Origin: Alphaproteobacteria bacterium
GTDB lineage: Bacteria; Pseudomonadota; Alphaproteobacteria; UBA828
Length of the DNA stretch: 64,000 bases
Direction: 5' to 3'
Assembly (NCBI GenBank): GCA_965221125.1
Contig: CBDCRW010000006.1
Location: 576,001-640,000 of the forward strand
Below, piece after piece: positions 37,662-50,215 of the stretch. A program made the translations under genes and the position numbers. Numbering within the stretch: the first letter of the stretch is position 1; the number at the start of each line of letters is the position of its first letter. The notes beneath the pieces were generated by a model that worked only from the letters and a program-made list of their open reading frames with translations, was not told where the DNA came from and made no database searches.

Positions 37662-37682
37662 GTGATATGAATTACTTATCAC
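37662..37682. promoter_or_regulatory. LysR-type dyad upstream of lysR
   Basis: GTGATA-N9-TATCAC in an AT-rich stretch. Confidence 0.55.
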
Positions 37683-38017
37683 GCTCTGCCGTTGGGGAGC
37701 ATGACAGCACGCTCTTGGCCAAACGGAGGACGTGAGAGCATTGAGATTTGTGATATGGCGCTCTGCATCCTCAGGCAGAGCCATCCGGCATGCCGAACCA
37801 CTGTGTCGGTTTCGGCAGAGTGACCCTAACATTTTGTTTTGAAATCCGTTATTCGGCGCGATGGCGGAGGCCGCAGGGCGCGCGCCAGGCGCCGGTCACG
37901 GGATGATTCAATCGAAGGTCGAGGCTCAGCGCGACGGGAATCGAGGTTGCTCACTCTTGCAGTGTTGCTTCTTTCTGACTTGAAGCACGCGTTCTGCACA
38001 AGCGTCGGATGCCTAGT

Positions 38018-38034
38018 TATGCTGCTTGTGCATA
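38018..38034. promoter_or_regulatory. Second LysR-type dyad
   Basis: TATGC-N7-GCATA followed by an AT-rich tract. Confidence 0.45.
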
Positions 38035-38222
38035 TATTTTTTGTAGATGGTTATTGTGTGGCGGATCGCGCCGCGCTTAGTGCCCCGTGCGAAACGGGGT
38101 TTCCGAGAGTAAGCACACCGAATAACCGTGTGATCTCGATAAGCGCGTGGGAGCGACGGGTTGCGCCGAACTCCGAGTGGGTCGAGGGTGGCCTTCCTGG
38201 TGAACACCCCCGCTGCGATCGC

Positions 38223-38240
38223 CTGTCGCAAAACGGTCAC
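38223..38240 (+). promoter_or_regulatory. Pho box (PhoB binding site)
   Basis: CTGTCGC-AAAA-CGGTCAC resembles the CTGTCAT-A(A/T)A(T/A)-CTGTCAC consensus, about 110 bp upstream of phoX. Confidence 0.7.
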
Positions 38241-38349
38241 CTGAGTGCCGGCGGGCCGTAACCGGCCATCGTTATCTCCGGCAATGCGTGCGGCGCTGGA
38301 TGGGCGGCACGGGCCCGGTGCAAACTTCACTCGACCACGGGAGATGGAC

Positions 38350-40251
38350 ATGCGCGATCATGCGGTGACGGCACAAGACGCGATCTCACGGGACGATGCC
38401 GGCGGGAGCAACGACCGGCACGCCCTGCCCACCGATTTCGAGCTGCTTGCCGCCCGCGCGGTCTCGCGGCGCGGCTTCCTGCGCGGCGGCGCGGCCTTCG
38501 GCGCCGCCGCGTTCGTGCTGGGGGCCGGCGGCATGGCGGCAACGCCCGTGCGCGCTGCGGCGGCGGGCCTGGATTTCACGCCCGTCGCCGCCAATGGCCT
38601 CGACACGGTGACCGTGCCGGAAGGCTACGGCTGGCACGTGGTGGCGCGCTGGGGCGATCCGCTCTGGTCGGAAGGCGCTGCGTTCAACCACGCGACGCGC
38701 GGCACCGGCGCGAGCCAGGAGAGGGCTTTCGGCGACAACTGCGACGGCATGGCGCTCTACACGCACGAGGGCCGCAGCGTGCTCGCCGTGAACAACGAGT
38801 ACACGAACCTCGGCATCGCCTTCGCCAACCGGGAATCGGGCGAGCCGGAGACCGATGACGACGTGCGCAAGTGCAAGGCTGCGCACGGCGTCTCCGTCGT
38901 CGAGATCGCGCGGCAGGACGGCGTCTGGGGAATCGTGCAGGACTCGCCCTACAACCGGCGCATCACCCCCGACACGCCGATGGAGATCACGGGGCCTGCC
39001 CGCGGCCACGACCTCGTGAAGACCGCAGCCGACCCCGTTGGCACGACCGCGCTTGGCACCTGGAACAACTGCGGCAACGGGCGCACCCCCTGGGGCACCT
39101 ATCTTGCCTGCGAGGAGAATTTCAACGGCTACTTCTCGTCGAGCGATCCCGACCTCGCCCTCAGCGCGGCGCAGAAGCGCTACGGCATCAAGCTGGAGGA
39201 CAGGGGCTATCGCTGGGCGATGACGGACGAGCGCTTCGACATCGCGAAGCACCCCAACGAGGCCAACCGCGCGGGCTACGTGGTGGAGATCGACCCGCTG
39301 GATCCGGCGTCCGTGCCGAAGAAGCGTACCGCGCTCGGCCGCTTCAAGCACGAGAACGCGGAGGTGACGCTGGCGGCCGACGGCCGGGTCGTGGTCTACC
39401 TCGGCGACGACGAGCGGGGCGAGTTCCTCTATCGCTTCGTGAGCGACGGCACGTACGCCGAGGGCGGCGAGAATCGGGACCTGCTCGAGAGCGGGACGCT
39501 CTCCGTCGCGAAGTTCGCCGACGGCGGGCGCGGCGCGTGGATCGCGCTCACGCCCGAGACCACCGGCATGGCGTCGCAGGCCGATATCTGCATCCACACC
39601 CGCCAGGCGGCGTCGGCGGTCGGCGCCACGACCATGGACCGGCCCGAATGGGTGGCCGCCAACGCGGCCAGCGCCTATTGCTGCCTCACCAACAACAAGA
39701 ACCGCGGCGTCAAGCCCAACGCGGGCGGCGATGCGACGCCGGTGGGCGGCCCCAACCCGAGGGAGAAGAACAAGTACGGCCAGATCGTGCGTTGGACGCC
39801 CGATGGCGGCGACCATGCGGCCGACACGTTCGCATGGGATCTCTACGTCGTCGCGGGCAACCCGGCGGTCCACGAAGACGCCCGCGCAGGCTCGGCCAAC
39901 GTGACCGCCGACAACATGTTCAACTCGCCCGACGGCCTCGCCTTCGACAGTCGGGGCCGCCTCTGGATCCAGACCGACGGCAAGTACTCCAACGAGGGCG
40001 ACTTCGCCGGCCAGGGCAACAACATGATGCTGGTGGGCGACCCCGCCACCGGCGCGATTCGCCGCTTCCTCGTGGGCCCGAAGGAGTGCGAGGTCACCGG
40101 AATCACCTGGAGCGCCGACCGCACGACTCTCCTCGTCGGCATCCAGCACCCCGGAGAGAAGGGCAACAGCCACTTCCCCGAAGGCGGCGAGGCGGCGCCG
40201 CGCTCCTCCGTGATCGCGATCGCCCGCGACGACGGCGGCGTCATCGGTTAG
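38350..40251 (+). CDS. phoX: PhoX family alkaline phosphatase, Tat-exported
   Basis: SRRGFL Tat motif, GDNCDGM, NNEY, NNCGNGRTPWGTYLACEEN, GRFKHE, MDRPEW, SPDGL, WIQTDG, ECEVTG, IQHPGE. Confidence 0.95.
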   Translation: MRDHAVTAQDAISRDDAGGSNDRHALPTDFELLAARAVSRRGFLRGGAAFGAAAFVLGAGGMAATPVRAAAAGLDFTPVAANGLDTVTVPEGYGWHVVARWGDPLWSEGAAFNHATRGTGASQERAFGDNCDGMALYTHEGRSVLAVNNEYTNLGIAFANRESGEPETDDDVRKCKAAHGVSVVEIARQDGVWGIVQDSPYNRRITPDTPMEITGPARGHDLVKTAADPVGTTALGTWNNCGNGRTPWGTYLACEENFNGYFSSSDPDLALSAAQKRYGIKLEDRGYRWAMTDERFDIAKHPNEANRAGYVVEIDPLDPASVPKKRTALGRFKHENAEVTLAADGRVVVYLGDDERGEFLYRFVSDGTYAEGGENRDLLESGTLSVAKFADGGRGAWIALTPETTGMASQADICIHTRQAASAVGATTMDRPEWVAANAASAYCCLTNNKNRGVKPNAGGDATPVGGPNPREKNKYGQIVRWTPDGGDHAADTFAWDLYVVAGNPAVHEDARAGSANVTADNMFNSPDGLAFDSRGRLWIQTDGKYSNEGDFAGQGNNMMLVGDPATGAIRRFLVGPKECEVTGITWSADRTTLLVGIQHPGEKGNSHFPEGGEAAPRSSVIAIARDDGGVIG

Positions 40252-40325
40252 GGCGTCGCAGGGCGTCGATCTGTCGCAGTTGACCGGAGAGGCTAAGTCA
40301 GTAGTATTGCCGCACCGGTCTTGCA

Positions 40326-40534
40326 GGTGAACCCCGCGGGAGAGTTCGCGCGGCCCGGCCGCGCGGCGCCGAAGGAGCAAGCGTCCCGGAAACTCTCAGG
40401 CATCAGGGACCGTGGGGGGATGCGACTCTGGAAAGCAGGCGGCAGACGCTGCGCTGCCTCACCGACGGGGTAAGCCGGCGGCTGCCAATCGGCCGCAGGG
40501 TTAATCTCTCAGGTTCCGAGACAGAGGGGGCACC
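40326..40534 (+). ncRNA. Tandem glycine riboswitch
   Basis: Aptamer 1 GCGGGAGAG...CGCCGAAGGAGCAA...GAAACTCTCAGGC...GGACCG; aptamer 2 CTCTGGAAAG...CACCGACGGGGTAA...AATCTCTCAGGT...GACAGAGGG. Lies directly upstream of gcvT, with candidate promoter TTGACC-16-TAGTAT at about 40280. Confidence 0.95.
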
Positions 40535-40588
40535 GGACGATCCCGTGCGGGGTCGCTGCCCTGTGTCTGCGTTTGCCTGGGAGAAGCC

Positions 40589-41701
40589 ATGAGCGACGAC
40601 GCCGGTACCCTCGCCCGAACGCCGCTCTTCAACGAGCACCGCGCCCTCGGCGCCACGCTGGTGCCGTTTGCGGGCTACGAGATGCCCGTGCGCTACGAGG
40701 CCGGCATCATGGCGGAGCACATGCACACGCGCACCGCCGCCGGGCTGTTCGACGTCTCGCACATGGGCCAGCTCCGGCTCACCGGGCCCGGTGCCGCGGA
40801 CGCGCTGGAGCGCCTCGTGCCGGGCGACATCGCGGGTCTCGCTGCCGGCGCCATGCGCTACACCCAGTTCACTAACGACGATGGCGGCATCCTCGACGAC
40901 CTGATCGCCACGCGCACCGACGACGGGCTCTCCCTGGTCGTCAACGCTTCGTGCAAGGACGCGGACATCGCCCACCTGGAACGCCGGCTCGATGCCGGCG
41001 TTGTCCTGTCGGTGCTCGCCGAGCGCGGGCTCGTCGCGCTGCAGGGGCCGAAGGCGGCGGCGGTGCTCGATCGCCACGCGCCGGGATGCGGCGGGCTCGC
41101 GTTCATGACCGCCGGCACCTTCGCCATCGGCGGGGTGGACGCGCTGGTCTCCCGCTCTGGCTACACCGGTGAGGACGGTTTCGAGATTTCGCTGCCCGCG
41201 GACGAGACGGCATCGTTCTGGCGGCGGCTCATGGCCGAGCCGGAGGTCGAGGCGGTCGGGCTCGGCGCCCGCGATTCGCTTCGCCTCGAGGCCGGGCTCT
41301 GCCTCTACGGCCACGATATCGACGAGACGACGTCGCCGGTGGAGGCCGGACTTGCCTGGTCCATCGGCAAGCGGCGGCGGGCCGACGGCGGCTTCCCCGG
41401 CGCTGCGCGCATTCAGCAGGAGCTGGCGGCAGGCCCCGCGCGCCGCCGCGTCGGCATCCTGCCCGACGGTCGCGCGCCCGCGCGCGAAGGCACGCCGGTG
41501 CTGGACGCAAGCGGCGGCGAGATCGGCACCGTCACCAGCGGCGGCTTCGGGCCCACGGCGGGCGGGCCGGTCGCCATGGGCTACGTCGCGGCCGGGGCCG
41601 CGGAGATCGGCAGGCCGGTGTCGCTGCTGGTGCGGGGCAAGCCCCGGCCGGCGACCATCGTCAAGCTACCGTTCGTCCCCCACACCTATCACCGACCGTG
41701 A
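40589..41701 (+). CDS. gcvT: Glycine cleavage system aminomethyltransferase T
   Basis: [56 protein letters not shown]. Confidence 0.97.
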   Translation: MSDDAGTLARTPLFNEHRALGATLVPFAGYEMPVRYEAGIMAEHMHTRTAAGLFDVSHMGQLRLTGPGAADALERLVPGDIAGLAAGAMRYTQFTNDDGGILDDLIATRTDDGLSLVVNASCKDADIAHLERRLDAGVVLSVLAERGLVALQGPKAAAVLDRHAPGCGGLAFMTAGTFAIGGVDALVSRSGYTGEDGFEISLPADETASFWRRLMAEPEVEAVGLGARDSLRLEAGLCLYGHDIDETTSPVEAGLAWSIGKRRRADGGFPGAARIQQELAAGPARRRVGILPDGRAPAREGTPVLDASGGEIGTVTSGGFGPTAGGPVAMGYVAAGAAEIGRPVSLLVRGKPRPATIVKLPFVPHTYHRP

Positions 41702-41714
41702 GCGAGAGGATGCC

Positions 41715-42098
41715 ATGAGCGGGCTCAAGTACAGCAAGGACCATGAATGGGTGCGCGTCGAAGGCGATGTCGGCACCGTCGGCATCTCCGACTACGCGCA
41801 GGAGCAGCTGGGCGACGTCGTCTACGTCGAGCTGCCGGAGGTGGGCCGAGCCGTCGCCCAGAACGAGGAGGCCGCAGTGGTCGAATCGGTCAAGGCGGCG
41901 AGCGAGGTATACGCGCCTGTCTCCGGCGAGGTCGTCGAGGTCAACCAGGCGCTGGAGGACGACCCGTCGCTGGTGAACGGCGACCCGACCGGCGAAGGCT
42001 GGTTCCTCAGGCTCCGGCTGAGCGCGCCCGGCGAGCTCGACGGGCTGATGGACGACGCGGCTTATGCTGATTACGTCGCCGGCCTCGGCGACGACTAG
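41715..42098 (+). CDS. gcvH: Glycine cleavage system H protein
   Basis: [27 protein letters not shown], lipoyl site VESVKAAS. Confidence 0.97.
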   Translation: MSGLKYSKDHEWVRVEGDVGTVGISDYAQEQLGDVVYVELPEVGRAVAQNEEAAVVESVKAASEVYAPVSGEVVEVNQALEDDPSLVNGDPTGEGWFLRLRLSAPGELDGLMDDAAYADYVAGLGDD

Positions 42099-42171
42099 AC
42101 GCGACAAGGGAGCGTTCGCGGGACGCGGCGCCCATAAGCCGACGCCCGCCGGCAGGGAGGGAGCAAGCGCG

Positions 42172-45066
<2,895 letters not shown>

Positions 45067-45110
45067 GCGGCGGACCTATCGCAAATACGCCCAGTGAAAA
45101 TACAGACTAT

Positions 45111-45734
45111 TCAGCTATCTGAGCCAACAATTTGTTCCTTTGTGATTTCGCCCAATCTCTCAGAGAATTTACTCGTTATATAATTCTCGTCAAAATTCCA
45201 AATGCTTCCATCTTCCAACCTTGCTTGCCGAACGTAGACACCAACTACTCCGAATTTCTCAAACTTGAATAGGTAAACTGGGTCGTAATCCCACTGCATT
45301 CTGATCGACGGCGGATCCATAGTGATGCCTGTAAGCCCACCAAGATACTCCTTGAACGCATCGTAGACAATGATACCGAATTTCACTGCAACGACTCCTT
45401 CCCCTTCTGCATCAACAGTAATTGTTAGCGTCTCCTTGGATAGCCGGCGGAGTCTGCTCTTATCGTGATCTGCCAGGTATCGAAACAGAGCATCGTAATA
45501 CGCATCCGCGAGTGCAGCGGTTTTTGATGGAACGTGACGTACAGTCACTTTCTTTATGAAGACAGGGCTAACTTCTTCATTTATTTGGAATGCTTCATTG
45601 AAATATACAACACCAGTCTCATTCTCGTAAATGTTAACTCGTTCAACGCGAGCCTCTTGTGCATGTACAACGGAGAATGTCAAAAGAACTAGTAAAGTTC
45701 CGGCAGCCACGCACAAGACAGACTTCATTATCAT
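45111..45734 (-). CDS. Hypothetical exported protein, low GC
   Basis: 207-aa ORF with a signal peptide (..VVHA/QE) and AAGGAGA RBS. GC is about 42% in a sampled 60-mer, against about 70% in the flanks. Confidence 0.8.
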   Translation of the reverse strand: MIMKSVLCVAAGTLLVLLTFSVVHAQEARVERVNIYENETGVVYFNEAFQINEEVSPVFIKKVTVRHVPSKTAALADAYYDALFRYLADHDKSRLRRLSKETLTITVDAEGEGVVAVKFGIIVYDAFKEYLGGLTGITMDPPSIRMQWDYDPVYLFKFEKFGVVGVYVRQARLEDGSIWNFDENYITSKFSERLGEITKEQIVGSDS

Positions 45735-45746
45735 GTCTCCTTATCC

Positions 45747-46301
45747 CTACCGATTGGCGCCGGGGACCCAGAGGGTGTCGGTGGCGCCGTCGTCGTTGAG
45801 GTGGCGGGCGAGCACGAAGAGGTGGTCGGAGAGCCGGTTTGCGTAGATCACCGCGAGCGGATTGACGGCCTCCTGCTCCGCCAGCGCCGTGATCAGACGC
45901 TCGGCGCGGCGGACCACCGTGCGCGCGAGATGCAGTGCCGTAGCGGCGCGCCCGCCGCCGGGCAGGACGAAGGATTCGAGCGGCTTCAGGCGCTCGTTGA
46001 GCGCGTCGATCTCGCCTTCCAGCCGATCGATCTGGGATTGCGCGATGCGGAGCCCGTCCTCGAGCGAACCGGGCCGGCAGAGGTCGGCGCCGAGGTCGAA
46101 GAGATCGTTCTGGATGCGCTCCAGCATCGCGTCCGCTTCGCCCTCGGTCTCGAGCCGGGCAAGGCCGATCGCCGCGTTCGCCTCGTCCACCGTGCCGTAG
46201 GCCTCGACGCGGGCGTCGTGCTTCTTCACCCGCGCGCCGCCGCCGAGCGAGGTCTCCCCCGCGTCGCCGCCGCGGGTGTAGATCTTCGTGAGGCGGACCA
46301 T
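45747..46301 (-). CDS. pduO: ATP:cob(I)alamin adenosyltransferase, PduO type
   Basis: MVRLTKIYTRGGDAGET, AYGTVDEAN, IQNDLFDLGADL, SFVLPGG, ARTVVRRAER, NRLSD.LF. Confidence 0.95.
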   Translation of the reverse strand: MVRLTKIYTRGGDAGETSLGGGARVKKHDARVEAYGTVDEANAAIGLARLETEGEADAMLERIQNDLFDLGADLCRPGSLEDGLRIAQSQIDRLEGEIDALNERLKPLESFVLPGGGRAATALHLARTVVRRAERLITALAEQEAVNPLAVIYANRLSDHLFVLARHLNDDGATDTLWVPGANR

Positions 46302-46306
46302 TCGCG

Positions 46307-46501
46307 CTACTTCTGAACGACGAACACCAGCAGCGCGAGCAGCGCGATCGCCGCGAATTGCAGCCCGACCCGCCAGCGCATGAAGACGTTGCTCTTGCTG
46401 TTCTTGCCGCCTGAGTACATGGCGCCGAGCCCCAGAACGAGTGCGACCACAACCGCGCCCATCAGCACGTAGACGGCGATCTCGAGAATGTCGGCGAACA
46501 T
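46307..46501 (-). CDS. Twin-transmembrane-helix small protein (HIG1-like)
   Basis: Two TMs with SN.FMRWRVGLQ. Conserved position upstream of pduO in alphaproteobacteria. Confidence 0.85.
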   Translation of the reverse strand: MFADILEIAVYVLMGAVVVALVLGLGAMYSGGKNSKSNVFMRWRVGLQFAAIALLALLVFVVQK

Positions 46502-46696
46502 GGCTCACCTTGCGGCCGCGCGGCGGGCGGGATCGAGAGCGGCCCTTCGCCTGCGCTTATAGCGCGTCGCCGGCGCGCTGCCCACGCCAATCGGCGGCGC
46601 GGCAGGCGCCCGCGCGCTTGTTCCGCCTACCCCGGAGTGTCAATTTGCGATCGGCTAGATGGAAGCGCGACCCAAGAGTTTTCGCGAGGTGATTGC

Positions 46697-47692
46697 ATGA
46701 ACGTGGCAACCGAGACGCGGTCCGCGCCGGTGCGGACCGGCGAGTTCAAGTACCTGGCGGCGTCGGTCGAGAGCTCGCTCTACCGCAACGGCAAGGTGTT
46801 CACCCGCCGGGACAGCAGCGGCAACGACATCCCCTGGCAGGGCGGCGAGCTGGAAGCGCGGCCAATGCCGGTTCATGACGGGCGCGGCCTGCGGGGGACG
46901 GAGCGCCGCACGCTCGGCGCGAGCGGCTTCGAATTGCTGGAGCACGCCGGCGCGCCTCCGGGCATCGACTATCTGGATCACGAGCAGGTCGTGCGCGACT
47001 ACTACCCGCACTGCGCCGAGGCCGTCCGCGAGGCGACGGGTGCGCGCATCGTCGCGGCCTTCGACCACAACGTGCGCTCGGCCTCGGGCAAGCGGAGCGG
47101 CAAGCGCATCGCGGGCGGGCAGAACGTGCAGCGCCCCGCGCACGTGGTGCACGGCGACTACACGCTGACCAGCGGGCCGCAACGCCTGCGCGACCTGGCG
47201 AATCCGCCCGCCGTCAACGACACCTACCGCACCATGCTTGCGGACGGCGAGACGCTCCTCGACGCGGCGGACGTGGGCCGCGCCATCGATTCGGGCCGGT
47301 TCGCGCTCATCAATCTCTGGCGGAACATCGCGGACGAGCCGGTCGCGACCCACCCCCTCGCGCTCTGCGACGCGTCGAGCGTGCATCCCGACGACCTGGT
47401 GGTCTTCGAGATCCACTACGCCGACCGTATCGGCGAGAACTATTTTGCCAAGCACTCGGACGACCATCGCTGGTACTTCTTTCCCGCCATGACCGGCGAC
47501 GAAGCGCTGCTGATCAAGCAGTGGGATTCGGCCGGCGGGATGGCACGCAGCGGAGGCGCGCGTGCGGACACGATGAGCCCGGACGCACCCTGCACCTTCA
47601 GCTTTCACAGCGCCTTCGCGGACCCGACGACACCAGAGGACGCGCCGGACCGCTGGAGCATCGAAGTGCGCTGCGCGGTGCTCTACGACTAG
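46697..47692 (+). CDS. CmcJ/NvfI (AsaB-like) family oxidoreductase
   Basis: GFEL, YYP, FDHNVR, VVHGDYT, INLWRNI, PLALCDA, HRWYFFP.M..DE.LLIKQWDS, HSAF, RWSIEVR. Confidence 0.85.
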   Translation: MNVATETRSAPVRTGEFKYLAASVESSLYRNGKVFTRRDSSGNDIPWQGGELEARPMPVHDGRGLRGTERRTLGASGFELLEHAGAPPGIDYLDHEQVVRDYYPHCAEAVREATGARIVAAFDHNVRSASGKRSGKRIAGGQNVQRPAHVVHGDYTLTSGPQRLRDLANPPAVNDTYRTMLADGETLLDAADVGRAIDSGRFALINLWRNIADEPVATHPLALCDASSVHPDDLVVFEIHYADRIGENYFAKHSDDHRWYFFPAMTGDEALLIKQWDSAGGMARSGGARADTMSPDAPCTFSFHSAFADPTTPEDAPDRWSIEVRCAVLYD

Positions 47693-47703
47693 GGCAGCGC
47701 GGG

Positions 47704-48354
47704 GTGAGCACCCTGGAGGGGCCGGAACGGCCGCCGGCGAACGGTGGAGCGCCCCGCAAGCTGGTCCTCCTGCTGCACGGCCTCGGCGCCGACGGCAACG
47801 ACCTGATCGGCCTCGCCGAGCCCTGGGGGCGGCTCCTGCCCCACGCCCATTTCGCCGCCCCCGACGCGCCGGAGCCCTGCGACATGGCGCCCACGGGCCG
47901 GCAGTGGTTCAGCCTCGCCGACCGCTCGCCTGCCAGCATGGCGGAGGGCGTCGTCCGCGCGGCGGACGCGCTCAACGCCGATATCGACGCCAGGCTGGCG
48001 GCGCTCGGCCTCGGCGAGAGCGACCTCGCGCTGGTGGGCTTTAGCCAGGGCACGATGATGTCGCTCCACGTCGCCTATCGGCGCGCCGCGGCGTGCGCCG
48101 GCGTGCTGGGCTTCTCGGGCCGGCTCGTGGGTGGAGAGCGTCTGGAGAGCGAGCTTCGGGCGCGGCCCCCTGCATTGCTGGTCCATGGCGATGCGGACGA
48201 CCTGGTGCCGGTGGGTGCGCTCTTCGAGGCGGCGACCACGCTCGGCGCCTGCGAGGTGCCGGTGCAATGGCACGTGAGCCGGGGGATCGGCCACGGCATC
48301 GCGCCGGACGGCCTGCAGATCGGCGGGCTCTTCCTCCGCGACGTGCTGAGCTGA
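47704..48354 (+). CDS. Phospholipase/carboxylesterase (alpha/beta hydrolase)
   Basis: LLHGLGADGNDL, GFSQG, HGDADDLVP, GHGI. Confidence 0.92.
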   Translation: MSTLEGPERPPANGGAPRKLVLLLHGLGADGNDLIGLAEPWGRLLPHAHFAAPDAPEPCDMAPTGRQWFSLADRSPASMAEGVVRAADALNADIDARLAALGLGESDLALVGFSQGTMMSLHVAYRRAAACAGVLGFSGRLVGGERLESELRARPPALLVHGDADDLVPVGALFEAATTLGACEVPVQWHVSRGIGHGIAPDGLQIGGLFLRDVLS

Positions 48355-48373
48355 GGCTGAGAAAAGAGGCGCG

Positions 48374-49618
<1,245 letters not shown>

Positions 49619-49627
49619 GGGTGATGC

Positions 49628-50215
49628 CTAGGTTTGGTCCGCCGCGGCGTCCGCCGCAAGGTCCGCGTCGCCGGCGGTGATCCCGAGGGCGCGGAGGTTC
49701 TCTTGCGTGGTGTTGTCGAAGGCGATGCCGCGGCTCCGTGCCGCGTGGACGGCGCGGCGGACGATCCGGTCGAACCCCTCGATCTGCGAGTCGATCCTGA
49801 GGCTGCGCCCGCCGGCCTTGAGGGTGAGCTGCATCCAGCCGCGCTCGCGGTTGCGCCGGGTCGCGTAGTAGCCGAGCGTGCAGCGTGTCAGCCGGTCCCA
49901 GGCCAGTTGCCGGCGCAGGAGGCCGTCTGCGACGATATCCTCCTCGCTCACCCTGAGAGACGTCCGATGCCGGAGCGCCGTGCGGGCGCCGTAGACGGCG
50001 AAGAGCGCACCGAGGCCGCCCAGCACCCAGGCGGCGGGGCCGGCAGATGCTGCCAGCCCGAGGGGCCCGAGCGTGAAGAGCAGGCCGAGCCCGGAATAGA
50101 GGTAGTCGAGCAGCACCGCGCGGACAGGATAACGATGGCGGCTCTCGCCGGCTTCCGCCGCCTGCGCCGCCTCGAAGCCGGGCTCAGGCGCGGTTTCGGG
50201 AACGGGAGCGTTCAC
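49628..50215 (-). CDS. Hypothetical membrane protein (two TMs plus a soluble, possibly PH-like domain)
   Basis: C-terminal part of the ORF-track frame. GTG start overlaps the ligase stop; host-like codon usage. Confidence 0.7.
   Translation of the reverse strand: MNAPVPETAPEPGFEAAQAAEAGESRHRYPVRAVLLDYLYSGLGLLFTLGPLGLAASAGPAAWVLGGLGALFAVYGARTALRHRTSLRVSEEDIVADGLLRRQLAWDRLTRCTLGYYATRRNRERGWMQLTLKAGGRSLRIDSQIEGFDRIVRRAVHAARSRGIAFDNTTQENLRALGITAGDADLAADAAADQT

Noticed and set aside
37839-38351. ORFs 37839-38261 (+) and 38013-38351 (-)
   Set aside because: No RBS, atypical codon usage and no recognisable motif; they overlap regulatory dyads and the Pho box.
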